A DNA stretch of 64,000 nucleotides, taken from NCBI RefSeq assembly GCF_009914755.1, contig NC_060925.1; one strand, 5' to 3'. The notes below the pieces were generated by a model. It saw only the letters and a program-made list of their open reading frames with translations, made no database searches and was not told the origin of the DNA. This document shows positions 26,844 to 64,000 of this stretch, piece after piece; within the stretch, counting starts at the first letter, position 1; each line of letters starts with the position of its first letter. The DNA is from the human T2T-CHM13v2.0 reference genome, Homo sapiens. Made by a program: the position numbers and the translations under genes.

Positions 26844-27182
26844 TGATCTGCCCACCTCAGCTTCCCAAAGTGCTGGGATTACATGCATGAGCCACCGCAC
26901 CTGGCCCCTAACTACCTTTCTAATACCCACTTGTACCACTCTCCCCTCACATATCCTGGCTCAGGAACACCCAACCTATTTGTAAGTCCATGAACATGCC
27001 AAACTCTCTTACCTCCATCCACAGCCTTTTTTCAATGGCTATCCATAGCCCTCTTCATTTACCACATAAGTGTTTGGTTTTCTTCTGCTAGATGGAGAAC
27101 CTCTTAGGATTAGGAGCTCCTGTTACTTAGTACTATACCTGCATACCTAGCATAGTCATTGGATGCTCAATAGTCCTCTGTA

Positions 27183-31743
<4,561 letters not shown>

Positions 31744-32769
31744 CTGGAGAACTTGAGAAACTGGTCTGATCCTAATTACATAGAAACTAAACAGCCAAAC
31801 ATTGAGCACGAGCCATGAATTGGTCCATGGCACTACCAAGTGTCCTTGAAACCAAGAGGGTCATTCCTGGGAAGCAGAAGTTAGAAATGACTCAGGGATA
31901 GTATCTTGCGTTCCTCTCCCATTTAGAATTAGCCTCTTATAACTACATTTAGGACATAAAGTTAATCTATATAGCTTTGGAGATATACAAGGATAAGGCA
32001 TCATATGAAATGAAATTTATTGTGGTAATAAAACATGAAGTACTGTTAGGAGATTACATGGATACCTGAGAATAAGAGAAACAATGCTAGATGATTTGAG
32101 ACTTTTACTCCATGGGGGAACCCAAGAGTAAACAAAAACTGTCCAGATGGTAGGCAGACAGGATCACAGCATGTAGATTTGAAAGCTGAGAATTCTAAGA
32201 AATGTCACTGCTTATTTTCACTGACACTACTAAAATAAGAAGGTTTTATTTTAGATGGTTTTAAGAAAGAATAGAAAAGTCTCATGAGTTTGACCCAATG
32301 ACTACAAGTTAAAGGAGGCAGGATTTTCAACATGGAGGAGAAATAGCTAAGGACAGATATTAATACATTTTGGTAATAAATACATTTGGTAATCAAGGAA
32401 AGATCTGTGAGTAGAACTGGATTGTCTCATTCACAAACAAAATACTAAAACAATGAGATCAATCACTTGTTTTTAAGACAGAATAGAAGCTAGGAGTATA
32501 TTTGAAAGGCACGTGTGTCCTCTTGTTATACTGTCTGATATTCAGCAGTTAATCATCATCCACTTCTTCCCCATTGCCACAAGATTTGGCATTCTCCTAA
32601 CACATTTGCATATTATAATTTTAAAAATGTATAAAGTGCTTAGTGCAAAACAATATTAAAAAGCAGAATCGAATAGTGACAAGCACATTAATACATCATT
32701 CTTTTTTTTTCTTTTTTTCTCCTCCCTGCCCCCACTACTAATATATTATTTTTAAAAATTCCATATCCA

Positions 32770-33716
<947 letters not shown>

Positions 33717-34085
33717 CCACATCCAGCTGTTTCAATGTTAGCACCGACGTTTGGGACCTGAGCCAAAGGATGGACTGGGAAATCTTTTCCCAGAATAGAC
33801 TACTGTCTTTTTTATTTTTATTTTGTTTTGTTTTTTGTTAGAATAGACTCTACTGTCAGCTGCTTTAGTTATACCTGGTACCAGGTATCAGTCCCAGACT
33901 CCCTTGTTTAGACATTTCCTGGTGATATTACCACAGGCTCAGGGAAGATAACCTAAGATTAAGCTTTTCCACTAGACACATGACAGTAAGCTTCATTAAC
34001 GGGACTGACAGCCCCATATGTAACCTTTTTAAGGTATCATTTACACTGTAAAAGAAACAGTAATATTCTGGACAGTTATTTCTAG

Positions 34086-34283
<198 letters not shown>

Positions 34284-35151
34284 TAGTACACGGGGTTTCT
34301 CCATGTTGGTCAGGCTGGTCTCGAACTCCCGACCTCAGGTGATCTGCCTGGGTCGGCCTCCCAAAGTGCTGGGATTACAGGCATGAGCCACCGCGCCCAG
34401 CCTAGACGGTTATTTCTGAACAGTTCTAGCACTGGTCGTGCTCCCTATCCAATTTTTAAGGATATCCTGTGGTCTTCCTACTGACATGTGATATGACCAA
34501 TACTTTTTCCTGCCCCCACCTCCGAAAGTAAATTAGCTTTTCTGCAAGATTACTCAGTGATTTTGGAAGATATTGTTCTTTTAGAGAATAGCCCTAAAAA
34601 AACAAAATTATTTCCAACGGAGCTTCTAACTCTGGATAGCTTGAAAGAAGGGAGGCTGAGGCAGGATGACTGCTTGAGTCTAGGAGTTTGAGGCTGCAGT
34701 GAACTAGGACCTATGACTGAGTCACTACACTCCAGCCTGGGCAACAGAGAGAGACCCCATCTCTTGAAAAGCAAACAAACAGGAAGAGATATCTTGTCTA
34801 CATCTTGTCTAGCATCCTGCTCCTCACCAAAAAAATTTTAAAAGCAAATCATGTTGATATCTAAAAATTCTCTAAGCTGTGAAAAAGTTTCTTCAAATGA
34901 TATACCCTCTTCTCATTATCCTTTCCTGACTCTAATGATAAACATAATAGTCAAATAGCTTAGTTATTCCCCTAAAATTCAATGGAACATCGAGAACCAA
35001 GGGCAATTACAAATGGGTAAAAGAGAATAACAGGAAAAGAAAGCAATAGACTATAAAAAAGAATTACAAGGCAGAGAAAAGAGTAACTCTACAGTGGAAA
35101 ATCAAATGTATACTATTTCAACCAGGTGATCCTGGTTAATAGAAACAGTGA

Positions 35152-35343
<192 letters not shown>

Positions 35344-35350
35344 TAGCTAA

Positions 35351-35970
<620 letters not shown>

Positions 35971-37538
35971 AAACACTATGTTAGCACCTGAAGTCCCAGC
36001 TTCTTGGGGGCTGAGGAAAGAGGATCACCTGAACCCCGGAGGTCAAGGCTGCAGTGAGCCAACATCCGCCACTGCACTCCAGCTTGGGAGAGAGAGTGAA
36101 ACCCAGTCTCCAGAAAAAAAAACAAAAGAAAAGAAGAACGAAAACTACTCACAGCATGGCTTAGTAGAAAGAACACAAACTTTAGAGACAAAATCTTGGG
36201 TTTCAATCCTTGCTCCATCACTTACTGGCTATGTGATTTTAGGTAAATTACCAGGTGATTGTGAGCTTTGGTTTCCTCACTTGTTGTGTGTGTGTTTGTT
36301 TTTGTTTTTGTTTTTGAGACAGAGTTTCACTGTTGTTGCCCAGGCTGGAGTGCAATGACACGATTCTCAGCTCACCGCAACCTCTGCCTCCCAGATTCAA
36401 GCAATTCTCCTGCCTCAGCCTCCCGAGTAGCTGGGATTACAGGCATGCACCATCACACCTGGCTAATTTTGTATTTTTAGTAGAGACGGGGTTTCTCCAT
36501 GTTGGTCAGGCTGGTCTCGAACTCCTGACCTCAGGTGATCCGCCCGCCTCGGCCTCCCAAAGTGCTGGGATTACAGGCGTGAGCCGCAATGCCCTGCCTC
36601 GGTTTCCTCATTTGTAACATGGAGATAATTATAGTATCATCCTATTGAGTTGATATGAAGGTTAGATAATATGCATAAAGAATCTGGGCGAACCAGCACC
36701 TCATCCCTAACACCCTCTCAAGGTCCACGTACATCTCCTGGGACAGTATGCCACTCATGACTAACTGGGTTTGTAAAAGGTGGCTATTTCTTTTCTTTTT
36801 CTTTTTTTGTGTTTTTTTTTTTTTGAGATGGAGTCTCGCTCTGTCACCCAGGATGTAGTGCAGTGACAGAACATGGTTCACTGTGACCTCTGCCTCCCAG
36901 GTTCAAGCAATTCTTGTGCCTCGGACTCTTGAGTAGCTTGGACTACAGGTATGGATCACCATGCCTGGCTAATTTTCTTTTTTTCTTTTTCTTTTTCTTT
37001 CTTTTTTTTTTTTGAGACGGAGTCTCACTCTGCTGCCCAGGCTGGAGTGCAGTGGCAATCTTGGCTCACTGTAACCTCCACCTCCCGGGTTCAAGCGATT
37101 CTCCTGCCTCAGCCTCCTGAGAAGCTGGGATTACAGGCGCACATCACCACATTCAGCTGATTTTTGTATTTTTTATTAGAGACAGGGTTTCACATGCTGG
37201 CCAGGCTGTTCTCAAACTCTTGACCTCAAGTGATCCTCCTGACCTCAAGTGATCCACCAAGTGAAGTCACTTGACCTCAAGTGATCCTCGACTCCCAAAG
37301 TGCTGGGATTACAGGTGTGAGCCACCATGCCTGGCCAAAGGTAGCTATTTCTACAAAGCAGCCACTGAGAGCACAGAGTGGCTATGTTGCTTCCTAATGA
37401 TAGCTGAGGAATCCAGTTTAGCACATCACATACTCACCTAATTTACTGTAATAACACTGAGAGAGCTCACATATTATACAGTAAGACTGCAAGAAGATAT
37501 CATAGGGCTCCAGGATTTCAAAATTTAGCTATGTTTAG

Positions 37539-37919
<381 letters not shown>

Positions 37920-37977
37920 TAAAATCCTAGCAGTTTGGGAGGCCAAGGTAGGAGGACAGCTTGAGGCCAGGAGTTCA

Positions 37978-38377
<400 letters not shown>

Positions 38378-40195
38378 CTATGGGGCCAAGGAACCCACAG
38401 TTTAGGTAAGCTTCTCAGGTGATCTGAATAAAGGTGATCTGTTATCCAATTTTTATGAACAGTAATTTTGTCTCTTCTTCTTTTTACAGGAAAGAAAATT
38501 GAGGCCCAGAGAATGCAAAAAATGATTAAATTCAGAGGCAAATAACTGAGAAGTAGCAAGGCCAAGAACAGGCATCTAGGTTACACATCTCTATCTTCGA
38601 GTGCATTTTTCTAAAACAAAGGGCTTGGACCCACAAACCATCACCTGGAATTGCATGTGTGACTGAAAGGGAGGAAACTGCAAAGAAAAAGAAAATCCTT
38701 GGGAAAGACAATTCTGTGGGGAGAATGTGGTGGGAAAATCAACTGTGCTCCAGTACCAGTTAGTGAAAATGACAGACTGAGCTTTAAATCTTTACCTGGC
38801 ATTTATAGACTCTTCTAACTGTGGCAAGTTTTTTTTTTTTTTTTTTTTTTTTTTTGAGACAGTCTCGCTCTGTCGCCCAGGCTGGAGTGCAGTGGCACAA
38901 TCTTGGCTCACTGCAACCTCCACCTCCCGGGTTCAAGCAATTCCCTGCCTCAGCCTCCCGAGTAGCTGGGATTACAGGCACCCACCACCATGCCCAGCTA
39001 CTTTTTGTATTTTTAGTAGACACGGGATTTCACTATCTTGACCAGGCTGGTCTTGAACTCCTGACCTAGTGATCCACCTGCCTTGGCCTCCCAAAGTGCT
39101 GGGATTACAGGTGTGAGCCACCGTGCCTGGCCTGTGGCAAGTTTTAAAACTGAAATTTGTTCCCTTTTTGCAAATGGGTTTGGGTTAATCTCTAAGCAGT
39201 TTTGAAAATCAGAATACTCCAGTTTTAATTTAAATGTAAAATTTCTACTTGAAAACTTCTATCTTGATTTAAAGTAACCAAAAAAGGCAGTATGACTTAC
39301 GTTGACTCTGTATTAAACAGATGCCAAAATCAGTCTGAGTTTGAATAAAGGGTAATTTATTTCAGAAACAGTGGTTTAAACATTAGTCTTTCAAAGCACC
39401 TGTCCCAAGAACTGCTCATTTGTTTTGGGAATTGAACAAAGGCTAAGTCATACAAATCTGATTAAGAATTAAGGTGTTACCTTCAGACAATACTAGAAGG
39501 TGAAACATTCAACTTTCTAGAACCATTTGGCAAAGACTACAATGTACATAATTATACATTCACAATTACTGGCCAGGATTTCCAATGGTTTCTGTTCTAC
39601 CCTCAATTATTTTACCTGAGTCATAAAGCGATCAATAGAGAACTTCCACCAGGATCCACTGCATCTACCCACTCACCAGCACCTGCAATCACATATTCCC
39701 TTTTGTTCATACAGATACACAATGTTCTTATCTCAGGCCAATGTCTCCATTTGATTCAGTGTTTCTCACTACTTGAAGATATTGCTCTAACAATTCTCCC
39801 CCTCTATCCACATCAACTTCTCCCCTCAGGAAGATCATTCCCATCAGCATACATGTATGCTATAAAATCTGTCATCTTAAAAAAACGAGCTGGGCGTGGC
39901 AGCTCATGCCCATAATCCCAGCACTTTGGGAGGCCAAGGTGGGCAGATCACAAGGTCAGGAGTTCAAGACCAGCCTGGCCAAGATAGTGAAACCCCATCT
40001 CTACTAAAAATACAAAAAAATTAGGCCAGGCGCAGGGACTCATGCCTGTAATTCCAGCACTTTGGGAGGCCAAGGCAGGAGGATCATCCGAGGTCGGGAG
40101 TTTGAGACCAGCCTGACCAACATGGAGAAACCCTGTCTCTACTAAAAAATACAAAATTAGCTGGGTGTGGTGGTACATGCCTGTAATCCCAGCTA

Positions 40196-40486
<291 letters not shown>

Positions 40487-40556
40487 TCATCTCAAAAACA
40501 AACAAACAAACAAAAAACACAACGAACATCTCAATTCTACATCTACCTCCACTTAG

Positions 40557-40751
<195 letters not shown>

Positions 40752-41589
40752 TAGCTGGGATTATAGGCAGGCGCCACCATGCCCAGCTAATTTTTGTATT
40801 TTTAGTAGAGACGGGGTTTCACCATGTTGGTCAGGTTGGTCTCGAACTTCTGACCTCCTGATCTGCCTGCCTTGGCCTCCCAAAGTACTGGGATTACAGG
40901 CATGAGACACCATGCCCATCCTGTCTTCCCATTTTCTAAAATGTATTACAAACTGGCTTCCATCTTTATCACTCACCCCACAAGCTTTCTTTACTAAATT
41001 TAAGGGTAATTCTCAGTCTTTACATGACTTGACCTCTTCGCTGCATTTGATGCAGCTGATTATTTCCTCCTTTCCTGGAAACGCTTTCCTCATATGCTGG
41101 CTTCCCAGATGCCACATTCTCCGATGTTCTCCTTCCTTACTGGGTGCTCCTTTTCGAGTCCCCTGATTTCCAAATGCTGGAGTCTCCCAGACTCAATCCT
41201 TACACCATTCTCTTTTTTGTTTTTGTTGTTCTTTTTGAGATAGGACTTGCTTCGTCACCCAGACTGCAGTGCAGTAGCGCAAACATGGGTCACTGCAGCC
41301 TCAACCTCCTGGACTCAGGTGATCCTCTCCCCTCACCCCTGCCCGCCTGCATCAGCCTTCCGAGCAGCTGGGACTATAGGTTCACACCACGCCCAGCTAA
41401 TTTTTTTTTTAATTTTTTGAGGAGATGGCCAGGCTGGTCTCAAACCCTTAGGCTGAAGCAATTCTGCCTCAGCCTCCCAAAGTGCTGATTTTACAGGCGT
41501 GAGCCACCATGCCTGGCCTTTATACCATCCTCTGTCTTCACTCAGTCCCTTGGTAATCTCATGCAGTCTCATAGCTTTAAATCCATCTG

Positions 41590-41955
41590 GATTAGTCTAT
41601 TCTCACAGTGCTATGAAGAAATACCCAAGACTGAGTAATTTATAAAGGAAAGAGGTTTAATTGACTCACAGTTCCGCATTGCTGGGAGGCCTCAGGAAAA
41701 TTACAATCATGGCAGAAGCCAAAGGAGAAACAGGCACCTTCTTCCCAGGGCAGCAGGACGGAATGAGTGCAAGCAGGGGAAATGCCAGACAATTATATAA
41801 CCATCAATAACTCACTCACTATCATGAGAACAGCATGGGCGAACCACCCCCATGATCCAATTACCTCCACCTGGTCCTGCCCTTGACACATGGGGATTAT
41901 GAGGATTACAATTTGAGGTGAGATTTGGGTGGGGACACAGGGCCAAACTATATTA
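41590..41955. mobile_element. MaLR solo LTR (MSTA/THE1-like)
   Basis: attagtc...gaaatacccaagactg...aaagaggtttaattgactcacagttcc...gggacacagggccaaactata. Confidence 0.85.
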
Positions 41956-41989
41956 CTAACTAATAGGCTAATGAGCCCTACATGGCTAC

Positions 41990-42900
41990 CTCCAGCCTGT
42001 GTGTCTCCCCTGAACTCCATATACATATATCTCCACCTGGATGTCCTAATAAGCGTCTCAAACTCAATACGTTTCAAGTGGAATTTCTCATCTCTCCTGC
42101 CCCTTGCCAACCTTGATCACCCAGTCTTCCCCATCTCAGTTAATGAAAATTCTACCCTTTCAAATGCCCAGGATAAAAACCTGAAGAGTCATCTTGATTG
42201 CTTTCTTTCTCTTTCCTACTCTACATCCAAAATATGAGCAAATCCCTTTGGCTCTATCAAATCCACCCAGTTCTTACCTTTTGTGAATACTTTACTCCAA
42301 GTGCCTATCATTTTCAGCCTAGATTATGCTACCACCTTTTAACTGGTCTCCTTGCTTCCATACTTGCCCTCTTCTCAGAAACCTACACAACTAGCCATTC
42401 TATTCAGTGAATATGACAATGTCCTTACAACAGCCAGAAAGCCACACATATGTGATACATCCCTTTCATTTTCTGTCCAACCTCCTCTCCTTTGTTCACT
42501 CTGCTCCAGTCACAGTGGATTCCTCAGTATCCCTTGACTATATCAAGCACACTCCCAACTCTGGGTCTTTGCACTGATTATTCTCTGTTTGAAACATTCG
42601 TTTCTCAGATACCCACATGGCTCACTTCTTGTACCCATCAAGTCCTTGTTCTAATGTCGCCTTCTCTCTGATTCTCCTAGTTATAATCCTCCTAGCCATA
42701 CTGTAGTTTCTCAATAGCACTTTCCATCCTCTAACATACTGTTATATATTTGTCATTTTTAGTATCTGTCTTCCTTCATTTGAATGTAGTCTCATTAGGG
42801 CTGAGATGTTTGTCAGTTATTGACTCATGTGTCCCTGGCATATAGAACAATACCAGGGGGGCAATCCATGAATATTTGTTACATGAACAAGTGAAGGATG
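41990..42900 (+). mobile_element. L2 LINE fragment
   Basis: tctccacctggatgtcc...cttccccatctcagttaatg...aatatttgtt 3' end. Confidence 0.65.
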
Positions 42901-42939
42901 AGAGAAGAATTTAACTGAACAGAAGGACTGTAGAGTCAT

Positions 42940-48828
<5,889 letters not shown>

Positions 48829-50124
48829 TGACAGGAAGTGGAAGAGAAGGGGATATAATAGCTCCTCCTCCTGGTGTGGCCATCTGCAGACTGGACCACC
48901 ACCCTCCTACCCTCCAAATGCCAATAATTTTAATAAAGAACTTCATCTACACAAAGCCCAGCTCCACCCATGGTATCCACTCAGTAGGCTCCTCCTATAT
49001 TTGCCTAATGTAGGCGGAAAGAACAGGAACTTAAGTTTTAGGGAAGCAAAATGCAGCTTCTTCTCATAAACAGGTTTAAGTCCCTGGCCTAGACATTCAC
49101 AGTAGCGGTTATAGAAAGGGAAACATAAACTAGCCTTTTTAGCCCATTTAAAAATAGTCATTTAGTACTACTCCACATTTCTCCCAGAGAAGTGCAATAA
49201 CTTATTTATAGTTACATGGAGAATTGGTGACTATGCCAGGAAATGAAACTCATGTCCCCTCACTCTTAGTCCAGTGCCCTTTCTAATATACAATGATGCC
49301 TCCTATCTGGTAATCAAAGTAGTAAGGCAAGGCCTAAATAAATAAGGAACTTGCCCAATGGAAACCCAAATGTCCTTAGTCCTAAGACTGAGTCCTAATA
49401 CTAAAAAGCCAAATGAATGTTTTGGGAAAAGCTTGCCAAAAAACCTAGCAGAATACTTTATACTCAGTGGACACTATTTCTCCATCACACCAACCCCTCC
49501 AATCTATGCCTCCTCAAATTGCCCTGCCTCATGAGTGCAAAAACCATTGTTTTTATTTTTTCCCCCAGGAGAGGTTAGGTCAAAAATAAGAAAATAATCT
49601 AGTTTCTTTCTGCCAGATTTCTGGCATAGTGGGACTGGGTAGGAATGTACCTACTGTAGAATCTTCCCACACCCCTGGGTTGTTAAGAGTAACTAGCAGA
49701 GGCACGTCCCATACACTCCCCAAATATCTGAGCTGGCAACAACAACAGATATTCAGAGACCTTAGCCCTAGGACAATAGCTTCTGTCAGTCAACTACAGT
49801 TCTCACGACTCTGTGTTTCTGTTCTTACTTCAACCTCCTACCAAATGATGTATCACACCTGTATGAGTATACTTGAGAAAACCATGCAAATGAATTCACA
49901 CAGCAGTACAGCAATTTTGGCAGGGCACCATTACTAATGATAAAGTATAATTTAACAAAAAACAAAGACTTACACAAGCATATTACTATTATCATTTACA
50001 TGGCACATTAAACTTAAGGACCTGAGTCCCAGTAACCTATCCTTGAGACCAACACCAAAAATGATCAGGTAGAGTTTCCATGCCAAGGGAGTCACCTGGT
50101 AAGGAGGCAAAGATCAGCATTTCA

Positions 50125-50343
<219 letters not shown>

Positions 50344-50725
50344 TCAAAGCTTATTTCACACATTCAGCAATTTTGTTACCAAGTACCAAATTTCTATTAC
50401 CAGCCTCTTGTCTCCAAGTGGATCAATATATTACCCTTTAAAACAAGGTCCAGAGGAAAGCTATGAAAATTTTATTTCTGAGCACACTAAGCAAGTTGAC
50501 AATGATGTAACAGTGTAAGTCCAGCAAGAACACATAATAATTCACATTAAAGGTGCTCAAATGAGGGAAATTTCAGCACAGCTACATAATTGATCTAAAT
50601 CTGCATCATTATCCTCTAGAGCTAAGCAAAGGTATGCCAACACATGTACTCTGTCCTCCCATTCCTTTCCTCCAATTCTCCTATTGTTTTTGTTTTCAAA
50701 TTAAACCTGAAGCACAAATCAATAA

Positions 50726-57122
<6,397 letters not shown>

Positions 57123-57668
57123 TCATCATCATCCTACTTTTTTACAGCTTAAAATATATACATATATTTTAATTTTAAATAGAGATGTTGCCCAAATTGG
57201 TCTCAAACACCTGGGCTCAAGTCATTCTCCTGCCTCGACTTTAAAACATATTTTTACAAGTGTTTTCTTAAATGCATTTCTCAGCAATCTATGGCACAAA
57301 CAGAATTTGTCATATCCATTTTTCAGACAAAGAAACTGTGGGTCAGACAAGCCAAGAAACTTGCTTCCCACATCCAAAGGCCTTTCCTTTTTAGCATGCA
57401 GCCTCTCTCACACAGATAATAATGGCAAAAGACAGATGGTAATAAATAATGGAGGAAGGTATGAATAGTATATTAGGGAAGCAGAGAGGAAGAAAAGAGC
57501 TTAATATCTACGGCGAGGAATCTGAGAGAAGTTGGTAAAAAATGTGGCTTTTGATTTTATCTTTGAGATGACTTTTAGAGAACAGGACACTTTCAGTCCA
57601 TTAAGAAGGGCAGGCCGGGTGCGGTAGCTCAACGCCTGTAATCTAGGCACTTAGCAAGACTGAGGTAG

Positions 57669-58339
<671 letters not shown>

Positions 58340-58919
58340 GGCGGGCACACTGCTTGAGCTCAGGGGTTCGAGACCAGTCTGGACAACATGGCAAAACACA
58401 ATTAAAAATTTCAAAAACTAATTCAAAAAAGAAAAAAAGGGAAGGGCAAATAAGGAAGTTTAAGACATAACAAGGAGGTTCATGTGGCTGAAGTCTGGCT
58501 ACCTAAGGATGCAGCAGTGAGTCAGGCTGAAAAGGCAAGCCAGGTCCTTGAAAGGCAGGCAGAATGAAAACTCCTACATGCAGCACACTAACGCTGAAGC
58601 TTGCTGACGGAAGAATGCAAGGCTAGTTGCATGTTTCAGACTTGCAGTATTTCCCAACAGGAGCTCTTATCATTTGGGGCAGGATAATCTTTTTATCTGT
58701 AGGACTGTCCTATGCACTGCAGGATGCTGCACATCCCTGCCCCTTGCCTACTTCATGTTTATACTGCTTTTCAGTGATGACAGTAAGCAATGACTTTACA
58801 GATTTCTTACAGATTTCCGAATGTCAGAGGAGGAGGAGATACTGTCCCCAGTTTTAGAGGTGGTTATTAATGGTCTTTAGTCCAGGTTCACATGAAGAGA
58901 GAAGAAAGGCAAGAAGATA

Positions 58920-62886
<3,967 letters not shown>

Positions 62887-62949
62887 GACGAACATATAAC
62901 AATGGAGAGGAATTGATTATGGAATCATAACCTGTCTTGGTCCTAGAGC

Positions 62950-63685
62950 TAATAAGCAAGATTGCAGGATACAAGGTTAGCATACAACAATGAACAAGTA
63001 GAATTTGAAATTAAAACACATAATTTGAAATTAAAACACATATACATTCGCACCAAAAAATGAAATACTTAGATATAACAAAATACATACAAAATCTATA
63101 TGAGGAAACCCATAAAACTATGATGAAAGAAATCAAAGAACTAAATAAAGAGATAGTCCATGTTCATGGATAGGATAAGAAGACTCAATATTGTCAAGAT
63201 GTCAGTTCTTCCCAACTTGATCAACAGATTCAATGCAATCCTAGTCAAAACCCCAGCAAATTATTTTGTGAATATCGACAAACTGTTTCCACAGTTTATG
63301 TGGAGAAGCACAAGACCCAGAATAGCCAAGAAAACATGGAAGGAGGAGAACAAAGTCAGAAGATTGATACCACCTGACTTCAAGACTTACTATAAAAGCT
63401 ACAGTAATCAAGACAGTGTGGTATTTGCAAATAATAAACAAATAAATCAATGGAACAGAATAGAGAGCCAAGAAATAGACCCATACAAATACAGTCCATT
63501 CATTTTTTTTTAATAGAGGTGGGGTCTCACTATATTGTTCAGACTGGTCTCAAACTCCTGAGCTCAAGTGTTCCTCCCATCTCAGCCTCTCAAAGTGTTG
63601 GAATTACAGGCGTGAGCCACTGTGTCCAGCCTTTACTGATCTTTGACAAAGAAGCAAAAGTAATGCAATGCAGAAAAGACAGCCT
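62950..63685 (+). mobile_element. Degenerate L1 ORF2 fragment interrupted by an Alu monomer ~63503-63631
   Basis: ORF 63160..63513 RLNIVKMSVLPNLINRFNAI...PDFKTYYK...QWNRIE resembles L1 ORF2p. Confidence 0.9.
63002..63041. repeat. Perfect 20-bp tandem duplication (aatttgaaattaaaacacat x2) inside the L1
   Basis: Read directly. Confidence 0.9.
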
Positions 63686-63687
63686 TT

Positions 63688-64000
63688 TGCCAGGCTCAGT
63701 GGTGTATGCCTGTGGTCCTAGCTACATGAGAAGCAAGGCAGGAGGATCGCTTGAGCCCAGGAGTTCGAGGCTGTAGTGTACAATGATCCCACTTGTGAAC
63801 AGCCATTGAATTTCAGCCTGGGAAACACAGTGAGACCCATCTCTCTTTTTTTTTTTTTTTTTTTTTCCTTGAGACTGAGTCTCACTCTGTCACCTAGGAT
63901 GGAGTGCAGTGGCACGATCCCCGTTCACCACAATCTCTGCCTCCTGAGCACAAGGGATCCTTCCACCTCAGCCTCCAAGTAGCTGGGACTACAGGCACAC
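63688..64000. mobile_element. FAM-like fossil Alu monomer (+, ~63688-63843) abutting an Alu (-) that runs off the window
   Basis: 7SL-derived monomer retaining the gtgaacagcca segment. Confidence 0.7.

Noticed and set aside
63160-63513. 117-aa ORF resembling L1 ORF2p
   Set aside because: It is a decayed fragment interrupted by an Alu, not an active element or a host gene.
63688-63843. 7SL RNA gene
   Set aside because: It lacks most of the S domain and is diverged, consistent with a fossil Alu monomer.

Overview
This is human (primate) genomic DNA, very Alu-dense, and almost entirely the 3' part of the minus-strand gene FBXO42 (F-box/kelch SCF substrate receptor, also called JFK; recognised from the translated exons). 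Eight coding exons were reconstructed with GT-AG boundaries and consistent phases: 61270-61154, 50267-50133, 12094-11941, 11155-11045, 9066-8970, 8487-8431, 7739-7623 and 7120-6005. They total 1904 nt; the F-box-encoding 5' exon lies beyond the window end. A ~3.8 kb 3'UTR ends near an AATAAA at 2198-2193. The rest is intronic, with dozens of Alus, MaLR LTRs, L1/L2/MIR and DNA-transposon relics, and microsatellites. Repeat boundaries are approximate and read by eye. I found no prokaryotic system, CRISPR array or RNA gene, and no clear new biological system. The best leads are RNA-processing hypotheses: a candidate UG-repeat (TDP-43-type) poison exon in intron 4, a strong alternative donor behind the weak exon 7 donor that would trigger NMD, a stop-free exon 3-4 circRNA, and a fold-back inverted Alu junction.
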